Shown piece after piece: positions 1 to 10,594 of a DNA stretch of 64,000 bases. A program made the position numbers and the translations under genes. Source of the DNA: Bdellovibrionales bacterium (GTDB lineage Bacteria > Bdellovibrionota > Bdellovibrionia > Bdellovibrionales > DASUEL01); assembly GCA_050250255.1 (NCBI GenBank), contig JBFWOZ010000005.1:41854-105853 (forward strand), read 5' to 3'. Numbering within the stretch: position 1 is the first letter of the stretch; every line of letters starts with the position of its first letter. The notes under the pieces were generated by a model. The model searched no databases and had not been told where the DNA came from. It saw only the letters and a program-made list of their open reading frames with translations.

Positions 1-539
1 ACCCCTGGAGTGACCAATGTAACACCAGGAAGAACTTCGCGGATTTTTTGAATCTCATGAGGAGAGCAAACAAATCCCCTCAGCCCTGACTGAGAAGCCA
101 GCTTTGCTAATTGGACCACTTGGTCTTGAATGGGTGCAGAGTAAAAAGAGGGTTGCTCCTCAGGTTTAAAACTTGTCAGCACAGTGACAGCGAGAATTTG
201 AAAGGGTCTTTGTTGATTAAGTTCTTTTTCTATTCGAGCCATCAGAGAAAGAGCTGTACTTCCACTACTTGCATGAACAGTGATGAGGCTAGCGCCCATA
301 TCAAACCCTGAGCGAATCGCCCCCTCCATTGTTGAAGGGATGTCATAATATTTGTGATCTAAAAAAATGGGAGCCCACTGGCTGAGCTCACGAACCAGCT
401 TGGCGCCATATCGGTTTGTTAAGCGTGGCCCTACTTTTAAAGCGCCTGTTTCTGGTCCCAACTCTTTTCCTAGACGCAAAGCCTCAGAATCATCATCCAC
501 ATCGAGAGCTACAATGATGGGATTTTTGAGCTTTAGCAT
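1..539 (-). CDS. pyrF: Orotidine-5'-phosphate decarboxylase (3' end outside window)
   Basis: Not in the ORF track. Manual translation from ATG at 539 gives MLKLKNPIIVALDVDD...FKVGPRL...IFLDHKYYDIPSTM...LITVHASSG...ILAVTVLTS...GFVCSPHE...LVTPG, the classic OMP decarboxylase motifs (DxKxxDIPxT). Overlaps the proS stop. Confidence 0.95.
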   Translation of the reverse strand, partial: MLKLKNPIIVALDVDDDSEALRLGKELGPETGALKVGPRLTNRYGAKLVRELSQWAPIFLDHKYYDIPSTMEGAIRSGFDMGASLITVHASSGSTALSLMARIEKELNQQRPFQILAVTVLTSFKPEEQPSFYSAPIQDQVVQLAKLASQSGLRGFVCSPHEIQKIREVLPGVTLVTPG

Positions 540-2251
540 GGAGGCATGTTCTGTCGAATATGGTTTTGCACAAAACTCACCACTTGATCTGGAGCTAATG
601 CGGTGGATTCTTTCGTCTTACGAATTATCACGTCAATCTGGTTGTTATCAACTCCGCGCTTACCAATATTTAAACGAAGAGGAACACCTAAGAGATCAGC
701 ATCTTTAAATTTGATTCCAGGACGCTCTTCACGATCGTCGACAAAAACTTCAATGCCCGAATCCCACAATTGTTTATAAATTTGCTCTGAGATTTCTGAA
801 CATTTGTTATCGCTTGGATCCAATAGACAAATATGAACATGATAAGGAGCAATAGGAAGTGGCCAAACGATGCCATCCTTATCGTGATTTTGTTCGACTC
901 CTGCCTGTAAAGTGCGGGTCACACCAATGCCATAACATCCCATTTCGATAGGCATCGCCTTACCTTGGACGTTTAAATAGTTGGCTTTCATGGCCTTAGA
1001 ATATTTTGTACCTAAATAAAAGATATGACCGACTTCAATACCACGAGTAATGCGGTAGGAGCCCTTGTCACACTTTAAGCAACGATCGCCCTCTTGGGCC
1101 ATGCGAAGATCTACAAGCGCCGTTTCTTTAAAATCTCTTCCGCGATTCACATTACGAAGATGTTTGTCGTCCACATTTGCGCCTACGACAAAGTTCACAT
1201 AATCTTTGAGGGCCAGATCCATATAGATCGGAATTTTTAAACCCACAGGGCCGCAACTTCCTGGATGCGCGCCGCCTGTTGCCTTCACAATTTCTTCTTC
1301 CGTGAGGAAAAGAGGATCAGAGTCTAAACCAAGAGCCTTCTTCACTTTTACCGGATTTGCCTCATCATCTCCACGAAGAAGAAGCGCCACAGGTCCTTTT
1401 ACACCTTGATAAAAAAGCGTCTTCACAAGATTTTTAGCAGGAACCTTAAGGCTTTGACTCAAATCTTCGATGGTACGAAGGTTTGGAGTATCAAAAGTTT
1501 CAAGGGCTTGAGGGGCACCACTTGTAGGAGCTGGCTCTTCTCCACAATGAGCCACCTCAATGTTCGCCGCAAAATCACAAGCATTACAGAAAACAATCTT
1601 ATCTTCACCGGATTCGGCAAGAACTTGAAACTCGTGAGTCATATTCCCGCCAATATTGCCGGCATCAGCCTCCACAATCCGATAATCAAGGCCTAAGCGT
1701 GCGAAAATCGCAATGTAAGCCTCTCTCATGATTTCATAACTTTTATGCGCCGATGGCACATCAGCATCAAAGCTGTAAGCATCCTTCATAATAAATTCGC
1801 GACCACGCATGAGCCCGAAACGAGGACGAATTTCATCTCGATACTTTGTCTGAATTTGATAGAGATTTTTCGGGAGATCACGGTAGCTTCGAACGTCACT
1901 TCTTACGATATCCGTAACCACTTCTTCATGAGTTGCACCCAAACAGAAAAGATGGCCGTTACGATTTTTGAATTTCAAAAGGACATCGATATTGAGGCGA
2001 TTGGTTTCGGCCCATAATTCTTGGGGCTGAACCATAGGCATCAAAATTTCGGTACAATTGCGTTTATCTAGCTCTTCACGAATAATTTTTTCGATTTTTC
2101 GCAAAACACGAAGTCCCAAATTTTGAAGTGTGAAAATGCCAGGAGCCAATTTTTTAATATAGCCAGCACGAACAAGAAGCTGGTGGCTGATGATTTCAGC
2201 ATCAGCTGGTGCTTCGCGAGTAGTAAAAACAAAATTCTTTGTCCACTTCAT
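533..2251 (-). CDS. proS: Proline--tRNA ligase (with editing insertion domain)
   Basis: SHQLLVRAGYIK, LGATHEE, YQIQTKYRDEIRPRFGLMRGREFIMKDAYSF, GIEVGHIF, MGCYGIGVTR motifs. Confidence 0.98.
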   Translation of the reverse strand: MKWTKNFVFTTREAPADAEIISHQLLVRAGYIKKLAPGIFTLQNLGLRVLRKIEKIIREELDKRNCTEILMPMVQPQELWAETNRLNIDVLLKFKNRNGHLFCLGATHEEVVTDIVRSDVRSYRDLPKNLYQIQTKYRDEIRPRFGLMRGREFIMKDAYSFDADVPSAHKSYEIMREAYIAIFARLGLDYRIVEADAGNIGGNMTHEFQVLAESGEDKIVFCNACDFAANIEVAHCGEEPAPTSGAPQALETFDTPNLRTIEDLSQSLKVPAKNLVKTLFYQGVKGPVALLLRGDDEANPVKVKKALGLDSDPLFLTEEEIVKATGGAHPGSCGPVGLKIPIYMDLALKDYVNFVVGANVDDKHLRNVNRGRDFKETALVDLRMAQEGDRCLKCDKGSYRITRGIEVGHIFYLGTKYSKAMKANYLNVQGKAMPIEMGCYGIGVTRTLQAGVEQNHDKDGIVWPLPIAPYHVHICLLDPSDNKCSEISEQIYKQLWDSGIEVFVDDREERPGIKFKDADLLGVPLRLNIGKRGVDNNQIDVIIRKTKESTALAPDQVVSFVQNHIRQNMPPC

Positions 2252-3615
2252 ACAACATCAATTCCGTAAGATTTAATTTTGCGATGGAGATGACTTCTTT
2301 CAAGTCCAATCACTTCGGCCGTCTTACTTACGTTTCCGTTATTTTCTGCCAATTTCTTTAAAATATACTCTTTTTCGAATTGAGCTCGAGCCATTTTAAA
2401 ATTTGAGATTTGGCTCACAGAATCTTCACCCAATTCATCACCCACGTTAAGTCCCGCAAACTTCAAATCATGAACGTTCACTTCTTCGCTAGGAGTAAGA
2501 ATGTAAATACGCTCTACAAAATTACGAAGTTCACGAACATTGCCCGACCACTGGTATTGTTTGAGATGGTCCATGGCTTCTGCAGAAAAAACCTTAGGCT
2601 TACTAGCTCCTTCTTTTGCAAAGTATTCGCTGAAGTGCAGAATGAGGGCCGGAATATCTTCTTTACGATCTTTTAGTGGCGGAATTTTTATATAATCAGA
2701 TTGGAGCATCTGCAGAAGAGGGGCGTGAAACTTTGCTTCTTTTGCCAAGATGGAGAGGTCTCGCGTCGAAGCGACAATAATACGTACGTCGCCTTCGATT
2801 TTCTGCTCTCCACCAACTCTTGTGAACTTTCCTGAAGATAAATATTCCGAAAGTTTTTGCTGTGACGACAAGGTCAGATCAGAAATTTCGTCTATATAAA
2901 GAGTGCCACCATTCGCATGGTCTAACTTGCCTTTAGTTGCCTGCTGAGCACCGGCAAAAGCCCCTTTTTCATATCCAAAAAGCTCCATCTCCATCAGATC
3001 AGGAGACAAAGTGGAACAACTGACTTCTACAAAAGGGGAGCTGGCTCGAGCGCTGAGATAATGAAGATTTAAAGCCGAAAGTTCTTTACCACTTCCCTTC
3101 TCACCATAGATGAGCACTGGGGCGGGAGAACTCGCAACACGAGAAAGTGTCTGTTTTAATGCCATCATCGCGGCATGCTCACCGATGATGGCGATATTTT
3201 TTCTCAGGCGATTAAGGAGAGAACGTTTTTCGCCCTTCTCTCTTTGATAAAGAATAATATTCGTCAAAAGAATAAAAATTTTCTCCATCGATAGCGGTTT
3301 CTCAACAAAATCCCAAGCGCCCAGCTTGGTTGCCCTCACTGCGGTTTCAATGTTTCCGTGTCCAGACATGACAATGTATTCCACATTAGGAAACTTAGGT
3401 TTTGCGATTCGTAAAACATCAATGCCGTCGTAAGTGCCCGGCATCCAGATATCGAGAAGAACAACATGTGGTTGAAACTCACCAATCATTTTAATGGCTT
3501 CTTCGCCCTGACTCGCTAACCGAACGTCGTAGTTTTCGTCTTGCAAAGAAGCACAAAGCACCTCGCGGATAGGAGCTTCATCATCTACAATGAGTACTCT
3601 AGATTTTTGGCTCAT
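2248..3615 (-). CDS. NtrX-like response regulator (REC + AAA+ + Fis-type HTH)
   Basis: VLIVDDE...LLDIWMP receiver; GEKGSGKE Walker A; GAFAGA loop; C-terminal GNVSKTAEVIGLERSHLHRKIK HTH; paired with an NtrY-like kinase. Confidence 0.9.
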   Translation of the reverse strand: MSQKSRVLIVDDEAPIREVLCASLQDENYDVRLASQGEEAIKMIGEFQPHVVLLDIWMPGTYDGIDVLRIAKPKFPNVEYIVMSGHGNIETAVRATKLGAWDFVEKPLSMEKIFILLTNIILYQREKGEKRSLLNRLRKNIAIIGEHAAMMALKQTLSRVASSPAPVLIYGEKGSGKELSALNLHYLSARASSPFVEVSCSTLSPDLMEMELFGYEKGAFAGAQQATKGKLDHANGGTLYIDEISDLTLSSQQKLSEYLSSGKFTRVGGEQKIEGDVRIIVASTRDLSILAKEAKFHAPLLQMLQSDYIKIPPLKDRKEDIPALILHFSEYFAKEGASKPKVFSAEAMDHLKQYQWSGNVRELRNFVERIYILTPSEEVNVHDLKFAGLNVGDELGEDSVSQISNFKMARAQFEKEYILKKLAENNGNVSKTAEVIGLERSHLHRKIKSYGIDVV

Positions 3616-5891
3616 GAAATATCACCCATATCTGAAAAGTCTTTATTATTCTTAAATACCGCCGTTTGTACGACTGGTAATTCAAATATCATTTTTGTTC
3701 CCGCAGGGGAATTGGCATACGTGCGAATAAAACCATTATGATCTTCAATAATACGTTTTACGATCGCTAACCCTAAGCCTGTACCTTGCTTTTTTGTACT
3801 AAAATAAGGCTCAAAAATACGATTACGATCTGCTTCCGCAATGCCAGGTCCGTTGTCGATCACTTCAACCTTCGCAATTTTAAGCACCTTATCATAATGC
3901 GTCCTGATATCAATAGTGCCATTGGGGATCTGCTCTAACGCAGCAACCGAATTATCCAATAGATTCGTTAACACACGCTTAATCTGCTCAGGGTCAAAAG
4001 CAAATTCTGGAAGATCAGGATCGCTGTGGAATCGAAATTGAATTTCTTTATGTCCCGTTTGGAATAAGACGAGCGCTTCATCAATGATTTTGTTCAAATA
4101 ACCAAAAACCGGCTTTGCCTGCGGAAGGCGCGCAAAGTTACTAAATTCATTCACGAGATTTTTAAGTTCATCCACCTGTTTAATAATTGTTTCAGTACAA
4201 CTTGAAAATGCGGGATCCTGAATCGCCCCACCAAATTTCTTTTCTAAACGTTGGGCTGAAAGCCGAATAGGTGTAAGGGGGTTCTTAATTTCATGGGCGA
4301 TACGACGAGCTACCTCTCTCCAAGCCGCCGCTCTTTGCGCATTCACCATGACAGAGAGGTCATCAAATACAAAAACAATACCTAGTTCTTCTCCCCCCTC
4401 ATCCTTCAAAAGGGAAACTGTGAATTGCGTCAGCAAAACATCCTGGCCCACTTTGAGTTGCACTTCTTTCGTCTGACTTTGGGCACGACGAGTTTTCAGT
4501 TGAGTGATCATTTCCTCAATCACGGTGACCATCTCAGGCTTCAAAAGCTGCTGATAAGGTTTCCCGATATAATCCTCACGCCGAACGTGGAGTAAATGTT
4601 CTGCATGACTATTGATTGTCGTAATGTAGCCACGCGGATTTGCTGACACCACGCCCGTCGTAATATTTGCGAGCACGACCTCAATATAGCGATTGTGATC
4701 ATCTAGCCGGTTGAGTGTTTCTTTTAACTCTAAGTTCGCTTTATTGACCTGCTTTTCCGTTTGATCAAGGTTGAAGGTCATCTGGTTAAAGCTATTAATA
4801 AGTTGGGTGATCTCTTGGCTTCCCGAAGTAATTCCCACAGGTTGATAATTCCCCGCGGAGATTCTTCTGGTCGCAATTCCTAGTAATTCCAAAGGGGTCG
4901 ATAAGGTTTTGGCAAGGTGAAACCCAAACCAAGTCGCTGCTAACAAAATGACTAATGTCATAAGAATCAAAATAATAAGGTAGATGGATTTAATCGGATA
5001 TTCGAGCGGGTTAATATCTCGAAAATCATCGTAGGCCGCCGCAATATCATCCATTTTCGAAATCAGGGACATCGGCACAAAGGAGGAAACCACCACGGCT
5101 CCTACCTGTTTTTTGTTCCACTCTAAAGGTACGATAACACGTACCAAGTTACCTTCTCCAAAATGGTGAATCATCGAAGCTTCGACCTTTTGTCCAATTC
5201 CTTTTTGGAGGAACTCCATGCTGACACGAGGAATTTCAGGAATGGCCTCGTCTTTTGAAATCACGACCGCTCTCTGACCGAAAATTCCTGGATAATATTC
5301 AACGGCATCAATTCGGTATCGATCTAGAAGTTGTTTGAGACTTTGATTGATGTTTCGTGCCTTCGTTTCTTTGAGATTGCGCGCAATCTGGTGAGCGAAG
5401 TGATAGTTCTTTTTCTTCGCCGTTGTGTAGTAGGCGTTTGTGACTTCCAAGGAATCTTTTAAAACTCCGGCCATTTTCGCACTAAACCATTTATCGAAAT
5501 TTGAATTAATATAAAATACCGAAATCAAGAACATGAGAACGGTAGGTACAAAGCTAAACGCGACGAAAGCAGCAACGAGCTTTCCCTTAAGAGAACTTCC
5601 AATTAGCTTACTTTGTCTTTCAACGAAAATTTTAACGACGTTTCGAAAGATGAGAAATAAGAGAAATAGCAGAAGGGCAATGTTGAGGTTCACAAGCCCG
5701 AAAAAGAAAATCGAGTGAATGAACGGGAGCTTCTGACTCACGGAAGTCATGAAGTATCCCACCCACGTAAGGACTAAAAATAGAAGACCCAAGACCACGA
5801 CGAGAACAAGTTCTCGTCGACGCTTTTTAGCCTCTTGCTGCTCAGCCTTGAGCCTTCCTTCATTGGAGATATCCATATTAGAGCTACCCAC
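3612..5891 (-). CDS. NtrY-like membrane sensor histidine kinase (TM, HAMP, PAS, HisKA, HATPase)
   Basis: Three N-terminal hydrophobic helices, periplasmic domain, TM/HAMP, AAWREVARRIAHEIKNPLTPIRLSAQRL H-box, DNGPGI and GTGLGL boxes. Start may be the ATG at 5876. Confidence 0.9.
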   Translation of the reverse strand: MGSSNMDISNEGRLKAEQQEAKKRRRELVLVVVLGLLFLVLTWVGYFMTSVSQKLPFIHSIFFFGLVNLNIALLLFLLFLIFRNVVKIFVERQSKLIGSSLKGKLVAAFVAFSFVPTVLMFLISVFYINSNFDKWFSAKMAGVLKDSLEVTNAYYTTAKKKNYHFAHQIARNLKETKARNINQSLKQLLDRYRIDAVEYYPGIFGQRAVVISKDEAIPEIPRVSMEFLQKGIGQKVEASMIHHFGEGNLVRVIVPLEWNKKQVGAVVVSSFVPMSLISKMDDIAAAYDDFRDINPLEYPIKSIYLIILILMTLVILLAATWFGFHLAKTLSTPLELLGIATRRISAGNYQPVGITSGSQEITQLINSFNQMTFNLDQTEKQVNKANLELKETLNRLDDHNRYIEVVLANITTGVVSANPRGYITTINSHAEHLLHVRREDYIGKPYQQLLKPEMVTVIEEMITQLKTRRAQSQTKEVQLKVGQDVLLTQFTVSLLKDEGGEELGIVFVFDDLSVMVNAQRAAAWREVARRIAHEIKNPLTPIRLSAQRLEKKFGGAIQDPAFSSCTETIIKQVDELKNLVNEFSNFARLPQAKPVFGYLNKIIDEALVLFQTGHKEIQFRFHSDPDLPEFAFDPEQIKRVLTNLLDNSVAALEQIPNGTIDIRTHYDKVLKIAKVEVIDNGPGIAEADRNRIFEPYFSTKKQGTGLGLAIVKRIIEDHNGFIRTYANSPAGTKMIFELPVVQTAVFKNNKDFSDMGDIS

Positions 5892-5904
5892 AGGCTTCTA
5901 TGCT

Positions 5905-5955
5905 AGAGCTCATCTTAAAAATAGGCAAGGCTTGCCTATTTTTAAGATGAGCTCT
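5905..5955. repeat. Perfect 24-bp inverted repeat with 3-nt spacer
   Basis: AGAGCTCATCTTAAAAATAGGCAA-GGC-TTGCCTATTTTTAAGATGAGCTCT read directly from the sequence. Confidence 0.95.
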
Positions 5956-5983
5956 GTTTTATCCTAAGGGGAGGAAAGAAAAC

Positions 5984-6208
5984 TTATTGCGGAATTTCGC
6001 GGTAGATCGAACTGCCAACCTGAAACGCAGGTCCGCCTTTTTTGATCAACTCGAGGCAAAGATTTTTTGCTTCTTCGCTATTTAATGCATCTGCTTGATA
6101 GGGAATGCCTGTTGTAACAACGGCTGAGTCCAAGATGAGCTTTGCATCATATGCACTCACTCTCTGCTGCAAGCTTTTTAGAAAGTGATTCAACGTGATC
6201 TGTTCCAT
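5984..6208 (-). CDS. Small hypothetical protein (74 aa)
   Basis: GAGGAG RBS just upstream; 10 bp after the ribH stop; plausible helical protein. Confidence 0.75.
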   Translation of the reverse strand: MEQITLNHFLKSLQQRVSAYDAKLILDSAVVTTGIPYQADALNSEEAKNLCLELIKKGGPAFQVGSSIYREIPQ

Positions 6209-6218
6209 TACATACTCC

Positions 6219-6695
6219 TCAGTTTGAAGGGGGATTGATTGACTTGACTAACTTAATCATTTCCAAAGCGACCTGAGCCGCCTCGTAACCTTTATTTCCA
6301 TGTTTGCCCCCCGCGCGATCCAATGCCTGCTGTAAGTTTTCTGTTGTGATCACACCAAACGCGACCGGCTTTGTGAACTTCAATTGAAGTTCCGTACAAC
6401 CGCGTTCAACCGCTTCACAGATAGACTCATAGTGAGTGGTTTCTCCGCGAATGACCGCCCCTAAGGCCACCACTGCATCAACCCCCGATTGCAATAGCGC
6501 TTGTGCGGCTAACGGAATTTCAAATGCGCCAGGAACGCGAACCACTTGTGTTTGGGTAACTCCTGCTTCTGAAAGATATTGAAGGGCACCCGTTTCTAAA
6601 ATTTCGGTAATTTGAGAGTTCCATCGCGCGGTTACAACACCCACACGCACATGAGGCATTTGAATTTTGGAAAATTCAGGGCGCAAATCGCTCAT
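6219..6695 (-). CDS. ribH: 6,7-dimethyl-8-ribityllumazine synthase
   Basis: VVTARWN, VPGAFEIP, ALGAVIRGETTHYE, QALDRAGGKHGNKG motifs. Confidence 0.97.
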   Translation of the reverse strand: MSDLRPEFSKIQMPHVRVGVVTARWNSQITEILETGALQYLSEAGVTQTQVVRVPGAFEIPLAAQALLQSGVDAVVALGAVIRGETTHYESICEAVERGCTELQLKFTKPVAFGVITTENLQQALDRAGGKHGNKGYEAAQVALEMIKLVKSINPPSN

Positions 6696-7933
6696 AGCTG
6701 CCCTTCAGGCGTCGGAGTCTCTTTCCAGGTATCAAGTCCGAGAAGATGACCTAATTTTTCTTTTTTTGCTGAGAGATAAGATTTGTTTTGGCTGTTCCAG
6801 CCTGCTTCCAGAGGAACACGCTCAACGATTTCTAATCCGTAACCTTTGAGACCGATGCGTTTCGCGGGATTGTTCGTCATCAAACGAATTTTTTGAAGAC
6901 CCAATGAGCGTAAAATTTGAGCGCCAATTCCGTAATCACGACGATCCGCAGGGAATCCTAAATGAATGTTGGCCTCTACTGTGTCGAGACCAGAATCTTG
7001 TAGTTTGTAAGCTTTAATTTTATTTGCAAGTCCGATTCCACGACCTTCTTGTCGCAAATATAGAATAAGACCTGAGCCTTCTTTTTCAATAAATTGAATG
7101 GCTCGCTGAAGTTGAGGACCACAATCGCAGCGCAAACTTCCAAACACATCACCGGTCATACATTCTGAATGAACTCGTACTAGAAACGGTTTATCAGCTT
7201 CAACTTCACCCTTTTGCAGTACAATATGCTCTGAATCATCAAGGAGATTTTTAAATACTCGAACCTGAAACCCTTCTCCCCATTGTGTAGGTAGACGAGC
7301 CTCGGCAACCTCAGTCACCAGACTTTCATTTTGTACTCGATAACGAATCAAATCGACGATCGTTCCAATTTTAATATTAAATTTCGTAGCGAAAGCTTTG
7401 AGATCTGGCAAACGAGCCATTGTTCCATCTTCATTCATGATTTCACAAATGACGGCAGCAGGGTTTAGTCCAGCAAGACGAACCACATCCACACTCGCTT
7501 CCGTATGCCCGGCTCTTTTTAAAACACCACCAGATTGAGCACGAATAGGAAAAATATGTCCTGGAGTAATAATGTCCGAAGGAACAGCATCAGGATTTGC
7601 AGCCACACGAATCGTATGCGCACGGTCAGCCGCAGAAATACCAGTTGTTACGCCTTTTGATGCTTCAATGCTGACGGTAAAAGCAGTGCGATTAGGTGAG
7701 AAGTTCAGTTCTTCACGTACCATCAAGGGAAGATTTAATTTTTTGGCATGGTCTGCAGTGACACTGAGACAAATAAGCCCGCGAGCTTCTTTGGACATAA
7801 AGTTGATAAATGCAGGTGTGATGGCATCGGCAGCAATAACCAGATCACCCTCGTTCTCTCGATCTTCGTCATCAACTAAAATGACCATGCGGCCATTTTT
7901 AATGTCTTCAATGATTTCTGTAACGCTATTCAA
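6692..7933 (-). CDS. ribBA: Bifunctional DHBP synthase / GTP cyclohydrolase II
   Basis: [61 protein letters not shown] motifs. Confidence 0.98.
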   Translation of the reverse strand: MNSVTEIIEDIKNGRMVILVDDEDRENEGDLVIAADAITPAFINFMSKEARGLICLSVTADHAKKLNLPLMVREELNFSPNRTAFTVSIEASKGVTTGISAADRAHTIRVAANPDAVPSDIITPGHIFPIRAQSGGVLKRAGHTEASVDVVRLAGLNPAAVICEIMNEDGTMARLPDLKAFATKFNIKIGTIVDLIRYRVQNESLVTEVAEARLPTQWGEGFQVRVFKNLLDDSEHIVLQKGEVEADKPFLVRVHSECMTGDVFGSLRCDCGPQLQRAIQFIEKEGSGLILYLRQEGRGIGLANKIKAYKLQDSGLDTVEANIHLGFPADRRDYGIGAQILRSLGLQKIRLMTNNPAKRIGLKGYGLEIVERVPLEAGWNSQNKSYLSAKKEKLGHLLGLDTWKETPTPEGQL

Positions 7934-8549
7934 AATCTACTCCGTCCAACCCGCCAGGACTTTGTCGCTTAAAATTAATCAGCGCGCGCGCCATGCAATC
8001 TACTTCAATGTTCACATAATCGCCCGTTTGCAAAGTGGGGAGGTTGGTTCGGCGAAGGGTCTCAGGAATAAGGCAAACTTCAATTTGATCGCCTTCGATT
8101 TTGTTCACCGTGAGGCTTACCCCATTGAGAGTCACACTTCCTTTTTTCCAAATGTACGGAACAGTCTCAGTAGGTGCTTGAACTTTTAAAATCAGTGATT
8201 CTCCCTGACGGAGAGATTCTTTTACCTGAGCAACACCATCCACGTGACCGAGCACCATATGACCGTGCATACGATCACCTAAACGAAGAGATCGCTCGAC
8301 ATTCACTGGCTTTTTGCTTTGTAAGTCGTTGCCCCAAGTGGTGAGATGCAAAGTTTCAGGGCCAATTGTAAATTCAATTTGTTCAGGTGAAATAGATTCG
8401 ACGGTCAGACAAGTACCGTTAACAGAAATGCTATCCCCTAAAGAAACATCATCAAAAATAAAGGGACGTTCGATGATGAGTTTACTGACATTCTCTTGGG
8501 TTTCGAGCGATAAGATGCGCGTTTGACCTTCAACTATACCTGAAAACAT
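7926..8549 (-). CDS. ribE: Riboflavin synthase (alpha chain; ribC in E. coli naming)
   Basis: Invariant MFSGIVE N-terminus (ATG at 8549), [34 protein letters not shown]. Confidence 0.96.
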   Translation of the reverse strand: MFSGIVEGQTRILSLETQENVSKLIIERPFIFDDVSLGDSISVNGTCLTVESISPEQIEFTIGPETLHLTTWGNDLQSKKPVNVERSLRLGDRMHGHMVLGHVDGVAQVKESLRQGESLILKVQAPTETVPYIWKKGSVTLNGVSLTVNKIEGDQIEVCLIPETLRRTNLPTLQTGDYVNIEVDCMARALINFKRQSPGGLDGVDFE

Positions 8550-8608
8550 TTCGAGACTATAACTCCATTGACATATCACGTCAATGGAGCAATCGAAATT
8601 CTTAGGGT

Positions 8609-10519
8609 TTAATCAACGAAAGTAATGAGGCGCAGGGTGGTTTCTAACATATTGTTAGTGTTGATGTTTTCGCCAGGTACGGGCAAAATTTCAATCTGCA
8701 TAGGATAGTTTGGATTAGGAGAAGTCGCCTCTTCAAGAAGCCAGGTCGCTTCCATCACAACTTCACCCCCTGCTGGGACCTCAGATGTGCGTGTTGAAGA
8801 GATTGCAGCAAGGTTCTTCCATTTTTCATCCAAAAGATTGTCTGGGGTTAAATCTATGCGAATTTTTGCCTGAGGAATTTCTGCCGGTACCAAGCCAGAA
8901 TTATGAACGCGAAATTTCACTCGAACGTCATTACCGCCCTCTTCAACCCACACAAATTCAGGTAGAATTGCCAAATCCGGCTGTAAGGAGCGCACGGACC
9001 CTTTCCATTTCACTGTCTCTCTTGTAATGGGTGAGCGAGATTTCAACTTATTTGCAACCACACGCCAGGCTTCATATCCCGTGTCGTTCCATACTTTGGG
9101 TCCGATCGGAACTCCCATTTCGCGAAGTCGCAAAAAGAAATCCAAAATACCTCTCGTGCTCGAAATAGAATAATTTTGAATCAAAGAAAGTGGTTGTCCG
9201 CCCACCTTGATGGAGACAATTGGATCCGTTTTATTGTGATCAATGACCATTTCAAGATTGCTCATTTTAAGAGGGAGTTTCGCTTTAGCAAAAACACTCA
9301 TGAGTGCTCGCAAAACATACCCGCGCACATTATAAGTGAGAATGGTCCACGCTTTTTTGTTTTCGTTTTGATAAACATGTGGAAATAAATTGAAAAGATC
9401 AGCCGTGTGATTCCAACCTTTCAAAAGGTCAGAGCTGGAAAACATCGGCGTATCAAATGCAACGTCTGTCTGGCCGACTTCACGAAGAGCATCAACGCTT
9501 AGTTGACCTAACCAATCATTTGTAAAAAGATCGTTCGCAATCGCCAATTCCACTTCACTAAAAACAACATTATCACTAAAAATCGGGCCGCCAAATTGCT
9601 GTTCTATTTTTTTCTCTGCGAGGCCTACCAGCTGCATCACTTGTGGATTAGCTGGTACGGAGCTGTCGATATGATGAAGGGTGTGTCGTGTTACCGAAAT
9701 CGCACCGCTGTCAGCGATATTGAACTCGTACTCACCTAAGAACTCTCCCCATTTTCCGACATGAAAAATAGGTACATGATTTTGGTAGAATGGTTCTTTA
9801 AGAAGAAGATGTGAGTGCCCACCAATAATCACATCGATGCCAGGAATACGCGCCAGCATTTTATCTTGCCCATACCCTAAGTGAGTCAACGCAATGACTA
9901 CATCACATCGTTCCACCGCACGAAGATGTTGTACGTAATTTGATGCCGTTGTGAACGGATCTACAATTTTCACCGGCGCAAAAAAATGATCAAAGATCAC
10001 TTGAAAGGTTGAAAGACCTAAAATTCCAATCTTTTTTCCGCCCACATATTTGATCGTGTAGGGTTTAATCACCTGCTCTAACGGAACCTGAGGGGAAAGA
10101 CCTTGAAAATTGAGGTTCGCACTAATCACGGGAGTTTTCATGTTGGCTTTTAAAAATGCATCGTAAAGCTCATTAGGACCAACAAGCCAATCATGATTTC
10201 CTAAGACCAGAGCATCGTAGTTAAACGTCTGAAGAAGAGTCTGTGTCTGCGCACCTGAATCAAGAGTAAAGAAAATATTGCCTTCGCTCCAATCACCCGC
10301 ATCAAGCAAAAGCGTATTGGGAGTCGTCTGGCGAAGTTGATCGATTTTAGTTTTCAATCTCGCAAAACCGCCAAGTCCTCTGACAGATTGTCGGCTTGTA
10401 AAATGACTATGAAGATCACTGGTATGGAGAATAGTGAATTTTGTGTCAGCGAATGCGGTAGAGCTTGCGACCAGGATACAAAACACTAGGATGTCGTACA
10501 GTCGGCAAAAGCGTATCAT
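8609..10519 (-). CDS. Secreted 5'-nucleotidase/UshA-type metallophosphoesterase with C-terminal Ig/CARDB-like domain
   Basis: Signal peptide; ILHTSDLHSH, LLDAGD, LGNHD, ALTHLG, IIGGHSH motifs; PDLAI...VHNSG...GENINTNN resembles CARDB. Likely start ATG 10519 after a GGGGG RBS. Confidence 0.88.
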   Translation of the reverse strand: MIRFCRLYDILVFCILVASSTAFADTKFTILHTSDLHSHFTSRQSVRGLGGFARLKTKIDQLRQTTPNTLLLDAGDWSEGNIFFTLDSGAQTQTLLQTFNYDALVLGNHDWLVGPNELYDAFLKANMKTPVISANLNFQGLSPQVPLEQVIKPYTIKYVGGKKIGILGLSTFQVIFDHFFAPVKIVDPFTTASNYVQHLRAVERCDVVIALTHLGYGQDKMLARIPGIDVIIGGHSHLLLKEPFYQNHVPIFHVGKWGEFLGEYEFNIADSGAISVTRHTLHHIDSSVPANPQVMQLVGLAEKKIEQQFGGPIFSDNVVFSEVELAIANDLFTNDWLGQLSVDALREVGQTDVAFDTPMFSSSDLLKGWNHTADLFNLFPHVYQNENKKAWTILTYNVRGYVLRALMSVFAKAKLPLKMSNLEMVIDHNKTDPIVSIKVGGQPLSLIQNYSISSTRGILDFFLRLREMGVPIGPKVWNDTGYEAWRVVANKLKSRSPITRETVKWKGSVRSLQPDLAILPEFVWVEEGGNDVRVKFRVHNSGLVPAEIPQAKIRIDLTPDNLLDEKWKNLAAISSTRTSEVPAGGEVVMEATWLLEEATSPNPNYPMQIEILPVPGENINTNNMLETTLRLITFVD

Positions 10520-10594
10520 GTTCCCCCTAAGCCCTCTAAGATCCCGAGGGCTATCGATGCTTATTTCTTTCAATAGTTTAGAAAGGTCAATCCT

